From Candidatus Palauibacter scopulicola (GTDB taxonomy: Bacteria > Gemmatimonadota > Gemmatimonadetes > Palauibacterales > Palauibacteraceae), in NCBI RefSeq assembly GCF_947581915.1, contig NZ_CANPWG010000054.1, positions 15,672-79,671 on the forward strand: a stretch of DNA of 64,000 nucleotides, in the 5' to 3' direction. Shown here in pieces: positions 26,008-35,293 of this stretch (positions are counted from its first letter, which is position 1; every line of letters starts with the position of its first letter). The notes under the pieces were generated by a model that saw only the letters and a list, made by a program, of their open reading frames with translations, was not told the DNA's origin and searched no databases. A program made the position numbers and the translations under genes.

Positions 26008-26025
26008 ACGTTCCCGCGGGAACGT
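26008..26025. repeat. 18-bp perfect palindrome ACGTTCCCGCGGGAACGT (copy 2 of 3)
   Basis: It lies in the 137-bp divergent spacer between the mutase gene (-) and the 26071 outer-membrane gene (+). Confidence 0.9.
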
Positions 26026-26070
26026 GCCCGTGCAGACCACACCGGGCCGCGAACGCCTGAGAGAGGCAGG

Positions 26071-26922
26071 ATGATGCGCAGACGATGGATGGTTGGGACC
26101 CTCGCGATCGGCTCGCTCTTCGCGATGGCGACCGGGTCCGCGCACGGGCAGCGGGGACCGCTCGTGGCGGACCGGCCGGACTTCACCGAGGCGGCGGCCA
26201 CCGTGGGGCGCGGCGTGGTCCAGCTCGAGTTCGGCTACACGTATGAGTACGACCGGCCGGGCGACAGCAGCGGGGGCGGCGGGCGCGGCGGCGTGTGGAC
26301 GCACTCGCTGGGCGAGCCTCTCCTGCGGATCGGGGTGCTCGGCGAGCGACTCGAACTTCGGCTGGGCCTGAGCCCCGTGTCCGTGGGCGCGGGGGCGGAC
26401 GGGCGGAGCTTCACCGAGACCGGCATGGAGGACCTTTACCTGGGCACCAAGCTGTTGCTGGCCGAACAGGAAGGGCTGCGGCCCGCGCTGGCGGTCCTGC
26501 CCCAGGTGACCGTCCCCACGGGGAGCGATGCGTTCACGAGCGACCGCACGCTGCCGGGGGTGAACTTCATCTACGGCTGGGACCTCTCGGAGGACGTCTC
26601 GCTGGCGGGCAGCACGCAGGTGAACCGGGCGCTGAGCGATGCCGGCGGCGGAGGGCCCCGGGGCGAAGCGGCGGAGTACGCGGAGTGGGCGCAGTCGGCC
26701 GTGGCCGGGTTCTCGGTGGGCGCGCGGGCCGGGGTCTACGCGGAGTGGTTCGCCTTCTTCCACACGGAGGCGAGGGGGACCCGCGCGGAACACTACGCGA
26801 ATGGCGGCTTCACGTGGAGCTTCGGCGACGATCTCCAGTGGGACATCCGCGCCGGCCTGGGATTGAACGAGTCCGCGACGGGCTTCTTCGCGGGGACGGG
26901 ACTCGTCGTCAGGTTCCCCTGA
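26071..26922 (+). CDS. outer-membrane beta-barrel transporter (MetA-pathway/phenol-degradation-like family)
   Basis: The signal peptide ends in SAHG. The motif ADRPDFTE...VVQLEFGY and the C-terminal aromatic residue (VVRFP) fit this putative OM channel family. Confidence 0.65.
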   Translation: MMRRRWMVGTLAIGSLFAMATGSAHGQRGPLVADRPDFTEAAATVGRGVVQLEFGYTYEYDRPGDSSGGGGRGGVWTHSLGEPLLRIGVLGERLELRLGLSPVSVGAGADGRSFTETGMEDLYLGTKLLLAEQEGLRPALAVLPQVTVPTGSDAFTSDRTLPGVNFIYGWDLSEDVSLAGSTQVNRALSDAGGGGPRGEAAEYAEWAQSAVAGFSVGARAGVYAEWFAFFHTEARGTRAEHYANGGFTWSFGDDLQWDIRAGLGLNESATGFFAGTGLVVRFP

Positions 26923-27916
26923 GACCCTCCCTGAACTCCTCGTACAGCCGGCGCGCGAGCGCGTAGGGGGAGGCGCCGGAATCCAGCGCCTCGGGAGAGG
27001 CGGCGCGCCAGATCCGCTGCGCGTCGCGTTGGGAGCGGCGAAGGAGCGCGTCGTGCGCGCGGCGCAGGCGGGCGGCGCGGCGGTTCGCCTCGAGCCTTCC
27101 GGTGGACCGGAGCCAGTCGAAGTGCCGGTCCAGGTGCCCCGCGAACTCCTCGATCCCGCGGGCCTCCGAAGCGACCGTCTGGGTGATCGGCATGCGCCAG
27201 ACTTCGTCGGCGTCGTTGGAGCCACTCGCGCTGGCGCCCGCGCCGGCCGGGGGGCGGTTCGCGAAGCGGATCGACATGATGATCGCGATCTCCTTCTCCA
27301 GTCGGTCCGCGCCGGGCCGGTCCGACTTGTTGATGACGAAGAGGTCCGCCACCTCCATGAGCCCGGCCTTCATCGCCTGCACCCCATCGCCCGACTCCGG
27401 GACGAGGACGACGGCGGTCGTGTCGGCGGAGACGGCGATGTCGAGTTCCGCCTGGCCCACGCCGAGCGTCTCCAGGATCACGCGGTCGTAACCCGCCGCG
27501 TCCATGAGGTCGGCGGCTTCCCGCGTCGCGGTCGCGAGGCCGCCGAGCGACCCGCGGCTCGCCATCGAGCGGATGAAGACGCCGGGCTCGGTGGCGAGTT
27601 CTCCCATGCGGATGCGGTCGCCGAGCAGGGCCCCGCCGGTGAACGGACTCGTCGGGTCCACGGCGACGATCCCGACCTTGAGAGACTGGTCGAGGTAACG
27701 CCGCGTAAGTGCCGCCGTCAGCGTCGACTTGCCGGCGCCGGGCGGCCCCGTGATGCCGATGCGCCGCGCGCGTCCGGTGCGCCCGTCCAGCCGCTCGAGA
27801 AGCGCCTCGAATCCGTCGCTCTCGTTCTCGACGAGCGAGATCCCCCGGGCCAGCGCCAGGGGCTCGCCGCCCGCGATGCGCCCGGCGAGCCCCCCCGCAT
27901 CGAACGTCGGCCTCAC
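26909..27916 (-). CDS. meaB: methylmalonyl-CoA mutase-associated GTPase
   Basis: It has the P-loop GPPGAGKSTL, DPTSPFTGGALLGDR, ETLGVGQ and NKSD. The GTG start at 27916 overlaps the mgtE stop as GTGA. Confidence 0.9.
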   Translation of the reverse strand: MRPTFDAGGLAGRIAGGEPLALARGISLVENESDGFEALLERLDGRTGRARRIGITGPPGAGKSTLTAALTRRYLDQSLKVGIVAVDPTSPFTGGALLGDRIRMGELATEPGVFIRSMASRGSLGGLATATREAADLMDAAGYDRVILETLGVGQAELDIAVSADTTAVVLVPESGDGVQAMKAGLMEVADLFVINKSDRPGADRLEKEIAIIMSIRFANRPPAGAGASASGSNDADEVWRMPITQTVASEARGIEEFAGHLDRHFDWLRSTGRLEANRRAARLRRAHDALLRRSQRDAQRIWRAASPEALDSGASPYALARRLYEEFREGLRGT

Positions 27917-29274
27917 AGGAGGAACCGGGTCGCGAGCCCCAGCAGCAGCACGAACCCGAACAGGTCCGTGAAGGTCGTGACGAAGACCGACGAGGCGATC
28001 GCCGGGTCCACGCCGGACCGCTCGAGCAGGATCGGGAAGAACGCCCCCAGCGCCGAGGCCACGGCGAGGTTCCCCCACATCGCGATCATCACGACGAGCC
28101 CGAAGATGGCCCCGGTGTTGGGGAGCAGCAGCGAGACGAGCGCCACGAGCAGCCCGATCGCGAGCCCGTTCACCAGGCCCACGACAAGTTCCTTGACCAC
28201 GGCGGACCAGCGCTCCTCCGGCAGTTCGTCGGCGAGCGCGATGCGGCGGATCGTGACGGCCAGCGCCTGCGTGCCCGCGTTTCCGCCCAGTCCCGCGATC
28301 ACCGGCATCACGGCCGCGAGGATCGCCATCTGTTCGATCGTGTCGCGGTACAGCCACACCGCGACCGCGGCGACCGACAGCGTGAGCGTGTTCACCGCGA
28401 GCCACGGCAGCCGGCTCCGGATCGCGCCGAGCGTCGTCCCGCGCAACTGCTCCTCGTCCGACACCGAGGCGAAGCGCAGGATGTCCTCGGTGACCTCCGC
28501 CTCGACGACGTCGATCACATCGTCGAAGGTGATCTGCCCCACGAGCCGTTCCTCGTCGTCGATGACCCCGATCGCGGCGAGGTTGTAGCGGGACAGCAGC
28601 CGCCCCACCTCCTCCTGGTCGAGGTCCACCGAAACCACGGCCGGGGGTTCCTGGAGCAGGTCGGAGATCCGCGTCTCCGGCGCGGCGAGCACGAGGTCCC
28701 GCAGGGTGACGACGCCGCGCAGCCGCCCCCGCCGCCCGACGACGAACACGGTGTAGAGGTCCCCGGTCCCCTCCACCTGCCCCCGCAGTTCCTCGATCGC
28801 CGCGGCCGCCGTCGCCTCGGAGTCCACCGCGCACAGCTCGCGGGTCATGATCCCGCCCGCGGACTCCTCCGGATACTCGAGCAGTTCGCGGATCTCCCGC
28901 TCCTCCTCGTCCGGCATCGACTCGAAGACGCGGTCCCGCTCCTCCGGGTCGAGTTCGCCGATGAGGTCGGCCGCGTCGTCGTCGGCGAGTTCCTCGACGA
29001 TTTCGGCGATCCGCTCGGGCTCCATGCTCGCGAGCAGTTCGCCCGGCTTCTCCTCCTCCTCCATCTCGGCGAGGGAGTCCGACGCGAGGGCGGCGGGGAT
29101 GAGCTGGAGGAGGGCCATGCGCTCCCCCTCCTCGACGTGCTCGAGCACGTCCGCCATGTCGCTCGGATGCAGCGGTTCCAGGAACGCGCGGAGCGCGTCC
29201 CCGTCGCCCGCCTCGAGGCGGACGCGGACCTCCTCGATCAGGAGGTGGAGCTGCTCTTCCAGGTGCTCGTGCAT
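27913..29274 (-). CDS. mgtE: magnesium transporter MgtE
   Basis: It has the acidic N-domain, a CBS pair and the TM domain with PVIAGLGGNAGTQA. Confidence 0.9.
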   Translation of the reverse strand: MHEHLEEQLHLLIEEVRVRLEAGDGDALRAFLEPLHPSDMADVLEHVEEGERMALLQLIPAALASDSLAEMEEEEKPGELLASMEPERIAEIVEELADDDAADLIGELDPEERDRVFESMPDEEEREIRELLEYPEESAGGIMTRELCAVDSEATAAAAIEELRGQVEGTGDLYTVFVVGRRGRLRGVVTLRDLVLAAPETRISDLLQEPPAVVSVDLDQEEVGRLLSRYNLAAIGVIDDEERLVGQITFDDVIDVVEAEVTEDILRFASVSDEEQLRGTTLGAIRSRLPWLAVNTLTLSVAAVAVWLYRDTIEQMAILAAVMPVIAGLGGNAGTQALAVTIRRIALADELPEERWSAVVKELVVGLVNGLAIGLLVALVSLLLPNTGAIFGLVVMIAMWGNLAVASALGAFFPILLERSGVDPAIASSVFVTTFTDLFGFVLLLGLATRFLL

Positions 29275-29353
29275 GCTCGCTCGGGCGCCGGCCCGCGGAG
29301 GCGGGCGGTTCGCGGCTCAGGGCCTTCGGGGAGGCCCCGGAGGACGGGGAATG

Positions 29354-29872
29354 CTACGCGCGGCCGCGAAACTCGGCCAGCAGCCGCGCGAGCAGCCGCT
29401 CCTGGAGTTCGAACATCGGCGAGGCGTAGCGCGCCTCGCCTTCCGGATGGTCGTGCCCGAGCAGATGGAGGACGCCGTGGATGAGGAGGCGCAGGACTTC
29501 CTCGCCCGGATCGAGCCCCAGCTCGCCCGCGGAAGCCTCGGCGGCGTCCGGAGAGATGTAGATGTCGCCGACGAGCGGGTCCTCGCCGAGCCCGAACGCG
29601 AGCACGTCGGTGAGGGCGTCGACCCCGTGGTAGTCCCGGTTCAGGGCGCGCATGGCCGCCGCCGGGAGAAAGGCGATGGAAAGCTCGGCGCTCTCGCCCG
29701 GGCCTTGGCCCGTGCCGTCGTCCGCGCCCTCCCCGGGGGCCCGGTCCGCGCGCCCCGTGCGCAGGGCCGCCCGCGCGGCCGCCTTCAACTCCGCCTCGGA
29801 GGGACCCCGCCAACCCTCGGCCCCGCCGGAGGGGAAGTCGATGCGGATCTCGGACGGCACGGCTTCGGTCAA
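29354..29872 (-). CDS. ybeY: rRNA maturation RNase YbeY
   Basis: The zinc motif HGVLHLLGHDH is present. The TTG start overlaps the upstream stop as TTGA. Confidence 0.85.
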   Translation of the reverse strand: MTEAVPSEIRIDFPSGGAEGWRGPSEAELKAAARAALRTGRADRAPGEGADDGTGQGPGESAELSIAFLPAAAMRALNRDYHGVDALTDVLAFGLGEDPLVGDIYISPDAAEASAGELGLDPGEEVLRLLIHGVLHLLGHDHPEGEARYASPMFELQERLLARLLAEFRGRA

Positions 29873-32364
29873 TCCGTCCGCCCGCTTGCGACTCCTTCCG
29901 GCTCCGCGGCCGGTTCCGTGTCCCCATCCGGGAGTGAGTCCAGGGCCGGGATGGGGCCGGTGTCGCCCTGCGCGGCCTGCTCAAGGTCAATCGGCGCCGA
30001 CGCCGCCTTCTCCCCCGCGGTCGCCGCCGCCTCCTCCACTCCGTGCTTCTCCGGCCGCCCGCCAGCGGGCGGCGCACCGGGACCGCCGGGCGCTTCGCCG
30101 GGCCCCGCCGGCTTCGGATAGTCGATGCGGTGGTGATAGAGCCCCGTGAGGACGTGGGCGAACTCCCGCTTGACGATGCGGACGTCGCGGTACGTGAGCG
30201 GGCAGTCGTCGAGTTCGCCGGAGTCGATCCGGTCCTCCACGAGGCGGTCGATCAGCGCCCGGATGCGCTCGGGACTCGGGTTCGAAAGGACGCGCGACGC
30301 GGCCTCCACCGCGTCCGCCAGCATCGCCACGCCCGTCTCCCTGCTCTGCGGCTTGGGGCCGGGGTAGGCGAAGTCGCTCGGGTCCACCTCCGCGACGCCT
30401 TCGAGGGCGCGCGCCTTCTCGAGAAAGTAGCGGATGAGCTGCGTCCCGTGGTGCTCGCGGATGAAGTCCTTCACGACCTCGGGCAGGCGCGCCTCCTCGG
30501 CCATGACGAGCCCGTGGCGCACGTGGTCGCGCAGGATCTCGGCGCTCTGCCACGGCGTGAGGTGGTCGTGCGGGTTCAGCCCCCGGGGCTGGTTCTCGAT
30601 GAAGTACTGTGGACGCTCGAGCTTCCCGATGTCGTGGTAGTAGACCCCCACGCGGCCCTGGACGGCGTCGGCCCCGATCGCCTCGCAGGCCGCCTCGACG
30701 AGGTTCGCCACGTTGATGGAATGGGCGTACGTGCCGGGCGCCTCGCGGGCCAGCCGCCTCAGGAGCGGCCGGTTCATGTCGGAGAGTTCGAGCAGCGACG
30801 CCTCCGTCGTCCGCCCGGTGAAGGCCTCGAGCAGCGGGAGGCCGACGCCGACGCCGAGTCCGACGCACACGGTGGCGTTGAGGAACCCGAGCGCCGCGGT
30901 CGACCCCATCTCGCCCAGCGCGTAGTGGCCCGTGAGGACGAGCACGAGGCCGGCCCCCACGTAGGCCGCGGTGATCAGCATGACGAGGACCCAGCTCTGC
31001 GAGCGCGTGCGGATCGTGTGGACCGCGAAGGCTGCCGTGACCCCGCCCGCCACGGTCACCATCGGGGCCGCGAGTCCCGAGAAGTGCGGCTGGCCCATGA
31101 GGATCCCCGTGATCGTCGAGACGACGACGAGGCCGAGGAGGCTGTCGAACAGCGCCGCCGCGAGGAGGCCGGCCAACGCGACCGGCACGAGCGCGGGCGA
31201 ACCCTCCGTGGCGGCCACGGCGCCGGCCGCCGCCATCACGATGACGACGAGCCCGAGCAGGACGGTGAAGCTGGGCAGAGCCTCGTAGATGTCGCGGCGG
31301 AAGCGGAACGTCGCAAAGACGAGAATCCCGAGCATGCTCACGACGAGAAGGACCATGCCCACGCTGCGGAGGAAGTCCGATGTCGTGCGCGTCCCTCCAC
31401 GCTCCAGGATCTGGGCCTGGTAGGCGAGGAGCCGGCGGTATTCCTCCTCCGTCACCACCGTGTTCTCGGTGATGATGCGCTCTCCCTCGAGCACGAAGCC
31501 CTCGACCTGGGGGATCGCGGCGCGGGCCTGCTCGCGCGCCTGCCGGGTCGCGTCCTGGTCGATGCGCAGCGTCGGCTGCCCCATGAGGAGGAGTTGCTGG
31601 AAGAGCGCCGCGCCGCCGGGCGGCAACCGCTCTCCCGCCCCCTCCCGGGCCGCCCGCGTGAAGTCGCCGAGCCGGACGAGGTCCGCGACGGCGCGCACGC
31701 GGTCGTCGCCGGCAGATCCCTCGCGCACGACGACGTTCGCCGCGCTGATGTCCGCGAGTTCGCTCTCGCGGATCACGCCCTCGCGCAGTCCCTCGAAGGC
31801 CGCCGCGAGTTCATCGCGCAGCGCGCCGCGCGACGCTCCATCGAGGAGGTAGTCGACCTGCAGCGAGTCGATCACCCCCTCGGCGGTGAGGTCGATCCCG
31901 ATGCCGCCCGCGATCCGCCGCACTTCGTCCCGGACGAGCGCGGCGCCGGCGGCGGCCGGGAGTTCCTCCTCCTCGACCCGCGCCTGCGCCGCGGGGATGA
32001 CCGAGTCGAGCTGGGCGACGAAGGCATTGACGCGCTCGACGCTGCTGTCCGCGCGCGCGGGTTCGAAGCGCAGCCTCGGCGTCACGCCGGCCTCCGCGTC
32101 GTCCTGCTGCTCCCGCAGGCGGTCCGGGTCCTTCGGCACGTCAAAGTCGAAGTCCGCGTTGATCGTCTGCCGGGCGACGCTGCCGGGGTCGATGCCGTCG
32201 AACCCGCCCGGCGTGCTCTGCGGGAACATCAGGGGGACGGCGAGGGCGATGACGGCGACCATCCCGGCCCGGAACCCGTGGTGGACCCACGCGTCCCGGC
32301 GCCCGCCGGCCGGCGGCCGGTTCACGGGGCGCAGGTAGTCTCGGACGCGACCGAAGAAACTCAA
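29869..32364 (-). CDS. 7TM-HD (HDIG) membrane phosphohydrolase, PgpH/YqfF-like
   Basis: It has an extracellular N-domain, seven TM helices, an HD domain (AHSINVANL...YYHDIGK) and an acidic low-complexity tail. The TTG start overlaps the phoH stop (TTGA). Confidence 0.85.
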   Translation of the reverse strand: MSFFGRVRDYLRPVNRPPAGGRRDAWVHHGFRAGMVAVIALAVPLMFPQSTPGGFDGIDPGSVARQTINADFDFDVPKDPDRLREQQDDAEAGVTPRLRFEPARADSSVERVNAFVAQLDSVIPAAQARVEEEELPAAAGAALVRDEVRRIAGGIGIDLTAEGVIDSLQVDYLLDGASRGALRDELAAAFEGLREGVIRESELADISAANVVVREGSAGDDRVRAVADLVRLGDFTRAAREGAGERLPPGGAALFQQLLLMGQPTLRIDQDATRQAREQARAAIPQVEGFVLEGERIITENTVVTEEEYRRLLAYQAQILERGGTRTTSDFLRSVGMVLLVVSMLGILVFATFRFRRDIYEALPSFTVLLGLVVIVMAAAGAVAATEGSPALVPVALAGLLAAALFDSLLGLVVVSTITGILMGQPHFSGLAAPMVTVAGGVTAAFAVHTIRTRSQSWVLVMLITAAYVGAGLVLVLTGHYALGEMGSTAALGFLNATVCVGLGVGVGLPLLEAFTGRTTEASLLELSDMNRPLLRRLAREAPGTYAHSINVANLVEAACEAIGADAVQGRVGVYYHDIGKLERPQYFIENQPRGLNPHDHLTPWQSAEILRDHVRHGLVMAEEARLPEVVKDFIREHHGTQLIRYFLEKARALEGVAEVDPSDFAYPGPKPQSRETGVAMLADAVEAASRVLSNPSPERIRALIDRLVEDRIDSGELDDCPLTYRDVRIVKREFAHVLTGLYHHRIDYPKPAGPGEAPGGPGAPPAGGRPEKHGVEEAAATAGEKAASAPIDLEQAAQGDTGPIPALDSLPDGDTEPAAEPEGVASGRTD

Positions 32365-33344
32365 CGCTCGGACTCCCGGTACGCGCGGATGATCTCCTTC
32401 ACGAGTCGGTGCCGGACGACATCCGCGTCATCCAGGTAAACGAAGTCGATCCCGACCACGTCGCGCAAGACTTCCTCGATCTCCAGGAGTCCGGAATCCT
32501 CGGGGCGCGGGAGGTCGATCTGCGTCTTGTCCCCCGTGATCACGGTCTTCGAGTTCAGCCCGAGCCGGGTGAGGAACATCTTCATCTGGGCGGTCGTCGC
32601 GTTCTGCGCCTCATCGAGGATGAGGAACGCGTCTGAGAGCGTGCGGCCGCGCATGTAGGCGAGCGGGGCGACCTCGATCACGCGGTCCTCGATCGCGCGG
32701 CGGACGCGGTCGTGCGGCATCATGTCCTCGAGCGCGTCGTAGAGCGGGCGCAGGTAGGGGTCGACCTTCTCGCGGATGTCGCCGGGCAGGAAACCGAGCG
32801 CCTCGCCGGCCTCGACGGCGGGCCGCGTAAGAATTATGCGGCGGATCCGCTTCCGGTTGAGCGCCTCGACCGCCGCGGCGACGGCGAGATAGGTCTTTCC
32901 GGTGCCGGCCGGGCCGATGCCGACGACGATGTCCCGCTCGCGCATCGCGGCCAGGTACTTGTCCTGCCCCGGCGACTTGGGCCGGATCGCGCGCCGGGCC
33001 CCCGCCAGCGCGACCTCCTGTTTAGCGGACCGTCTATCGGAGCCCCGGGCGCCGGCGGACTTCCGCGAGCCGCCATCGCCGTCGGCGGGCGCTTCGAGAA
33101 AACGCTCGACATCCACCGCATCGAAGGGACGCCGCAGCCGCGCGTAGCGGATCATGCGCCGCGCGGTGGGGGAGGCGCGATCCACGTCCGCCTCCGGCCC
33201 GGAGAGGATCATCTCGTCGCGCCGGAGGACGACGCGGATGTCGCAGTGGCGGGCCAGCGTCGTGAGGTTCGAGTCGTTCACGCCGGCCAGCAACTGCTGG
33301 TCGGCCCCGTCGATGGAGAGGCGCCGCTCCGTCGCCACGCTCAA
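32361..33344 (-). CDS. phoH: PhoH family ATPase
   Basis: It has Walker A GPAGTGKTYLAVA, ILTRPAVEAGE..GFLPG and AFLILDEAQN. The start is TTG 33344 (TTGA overlap with aspS) or GTG 33338. Confidence 0.9.
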   Translation of the reverse strand: MSVATERRLSIDGADQQLLAGVNDSNLTTLARHCDIRVVLRRDEMILSGPEADVDRASPTARRMIRYARLRRPFDAVDVERFLEAPADGDGGSRKSAGARGSDRRSAKQEVALAGARRAIRPKSPGQDKYLAAMRERDIVVGIGPAGTGKTYLAVAAAVEALNRKRIRRIILTRPAVEAGEALGFLPGDIREKVDPYLRPLYDALEDMMPHDRVRRAIEDRVIEVAPLAYMRGRTLSDAFLILDEAQNATTAQMKMFLTRLGLNSKTVITGDKTQIDLPRPEDSGLLEIEEVLRDVVGIDFVYLDDADVVRHRLVKEIIRAYRESER

Positions 33345-35119
33345 GCGCCGTTCCCGGCTTCGCCAGTCACGGAAATCCCGAGTTCGTCGAGTTCGGCCGG
33401 GGTCACGGACGAGGGCGACCGCTCGAGCAGGCCCCGGGCCGCGGCCGTCTTCGGGAACGCGATGACGTCCCGGATGGACGCGCAGCCGGCCATCTCGGAC
33501 ACCAGGCGGTCCACGCCGACCGCGAACCCTCCGTGCGGCGGTACGCCGTAGCGGAACGCCTCGAGCAGGAAGCCGAAGCGCGCCTCGACCTCCCCGGGCG
33601 TGAGCCCCGTCGCCTCGAGGATGGCGCGCTGAACCTCGGGCAGGTGGCAGCGGATGCTCCCGCTCGCCAACTCGATCCCGTTGTAGACGATGTCGTACGC
33701 GATCGCGTTCACGGAGAGCGGATCTTCGCGCAGGCGCTCGGGGTCGGGGTCCGCCGGCATGGTGAAGGCGTGCTGAGCCGGCACGGGAAGGCCGGTGTCG
33801 GGATCCCGCTCGTAGAGGGGGAACTCCGTGATCCAGAGCCACGCTTCGCCGCTCTCGTCCACGGCGCCGAGTTCCCGGGCCGCCGCGCGCCGCAGCCGGT
33901 CGAGGGCGGGCGAACTCTCCGCGTCGCGGCCGGCGACGAAGAAGACGAGACAGCCCTCCTCCACCCCGAACTCCGCTTCGAGCCTGCCCGCGACCTCCTC
34001 GCCGACGACCTTCGCGGGCGGGCCGGACCAGCCGTCCGCGGTGCGCTTGAGCCACAGGGCGCCCTTCGCGCCGGCCTCCTGCGCGAGCTTGTCGTAGTGG
34101 GCGATCCGCGAGCGGGAGAGCGCCGCGCCGCCCGGCAGGACGAGTCCCCGGACGCGTCCGCCGGCCCGCGCGGCGCCGTCGAAGATGCCGAAGCCGATGC
34201 CGGTGAGCGCGTCCGTGAAGTCCCGTATCTCCCACGGGATGCGGAGGTCCGGCTTGTCCGTGCCGTAGTGCTCCAGCGCCTCGGCGTGGGGCAGGCGCCG
34301 GAAGGGCACGGGAAGGTCTCGATCGAGCCCGTCCCGCCAGATGCGCGCGAACATCTTCTCCGCGGCGCGGAAGACGTCGTCCTGCTCGACGAACGCCATC
34401 TCCACGTCGATCTGCGTGAACTCCGGCTGGCGGTCCGCCCGCAGGTCCTCATCCCGGAGACACTTCGCGATCTGGAAGTAGCGGTCGAAGCCGCCGCACA
34501 TGAGAAGCTGCTTGTAGAGCTGCGGCGACTGCGGGAGGGCGAAGAACCGGCCCCGGTGGACCCGGCTGGGGACGAGGTAGTCCCGCGCCCCTTCCGGCGT
34601 CTGCCGAGTGAGGAGCGGCGTCTCGATCTCGACGAATCCCTGCTCGCTGAGCGAGGCGCGCACCGCGTTCGTCGCCACGTGCCGGAGCCTCAGGTTGCGC
34701 TGCATCTCCGGACGGCGCAGGTCGAGAATCCGGTGCCTGAGGCGGAGTTCCTCCGAGGGCAACTCTTCGTCCGGCGGCTGATAGACGAGGATCGGGAGCG
34801 GGTCGGAGACGGACACCCGCCGCAGACTCGACACGCGGATCTCGATCTCGCCCGTGAGCATGTCCGGGTTGGGCTCGGGGCGCGGCGCGACGACGCCGGT
34901 CGCCTGCACGACGTCCTCCGGGTTCAGCTCCGCCACGAGCTCGAGGCAGGCGGCGTCCGACCACTCCGGGCCGAAGGAGAGCTGGAGCAGGCCGGTCCGG
35001 TCGCGCAGGTCGACGAAGAAGAGCCCTCCGAGGTCCCGTCGGCGGTGTACCCACCCGATGACCCGGACTTCGCGTCCGGACCACGAGGCCTCGACCTGCC
35101 CGCAGCCGGCGTCGCGCAA
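33341..35119 (-). CDS. aspS: aspartate--tRNA ligase
   Basis: It has the OB-fold N-terminus (VRVIGWVHRRRDLGGLFFVDLRDRTG) and class II motifs (FFALPQSPQLYKQ, QPEFTQID, GGFAVGVDR). I infer a TTG start at 35119 (MRDAGCGQV), giving 592 aa. Confidence 0.9.
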   Translation of the reverse strand: MRDAGCGQVEASWSGREVRVIGWVHRRRDLGGLFFVDLRDRTGLLQLSFGPEWSDAACLELVAELNPEDVVQATGVVAPRPEPNPDMLTGEIEIRVSSLRRVSVSDPLPILVYQPPDEELPSEELRLRHRILDLRRPEMQRNLRLRHVATNAVRASLSEQGFVEIETPLLTRQTPEGARDYLVPSRVHRGRFFALPQSPQLYKQLLMCGGFDRYFQIAKCLRDEDLRADRQPEFTQIDVEMAFVEQDDVFRAAEKMFARIWRDGLDRDLPVPFRRLPHAEALEHYGTDKPDLRIPWEIRDFTDALTGIGFGIFDGAARAGGRVRGLVLPGGAALSRSRIAHYDKLAQEAGAKGALWLKRTADGWSGPPAKVVGEEVAGRLEAEFGVEEGCLVFFVAGRDAESSPALDRLRRAAARELGAVDESGEAWLWITEFPLYERDPDTGLPVPAQHAFTMPADPDPERLREDPLSVNAIAYDIVYNGIELASGSIRCHLPEVQRAILEATGLTPGEVEARFGFLLEAFRYGVPPHGGFAVGVDRLVSEMAGCASIRDVIAFPKTAAARGLLERSPSSVTPAELDELGISVTGEAGNGA

Positions 35120-35293
35120 GGCGGTCTCGAGGGAGGCCGGCTCACGTCGTTCGGTCGGTGGCGATAGTTTGGTCAGGAGAACTCGCGGCGCCAGGGAATC
35201 GGTTCGGAATCGGGTCTGAGAAGTGCGGAACGCTGCGAAAGATAGCCGATTTTCGGCAACGCCAGCAAGAAGCGGGGGATCGGGAAGCGGGGG

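Noticed and set aside
25934-26070. Cobalamin riboswitch upstream of the mutase or OM channel genes.
   Set aside because: The spacer is 137 bp with no recognisable B12-box. The dominant feature is the 18-bp palindrome.
29275-29353. M-box (Mg2+) riboswitch upstream of mgtE.
   Set aside because: The spacer is only 79 nt and follows directly after ybeY. That is far too short for an M-box.
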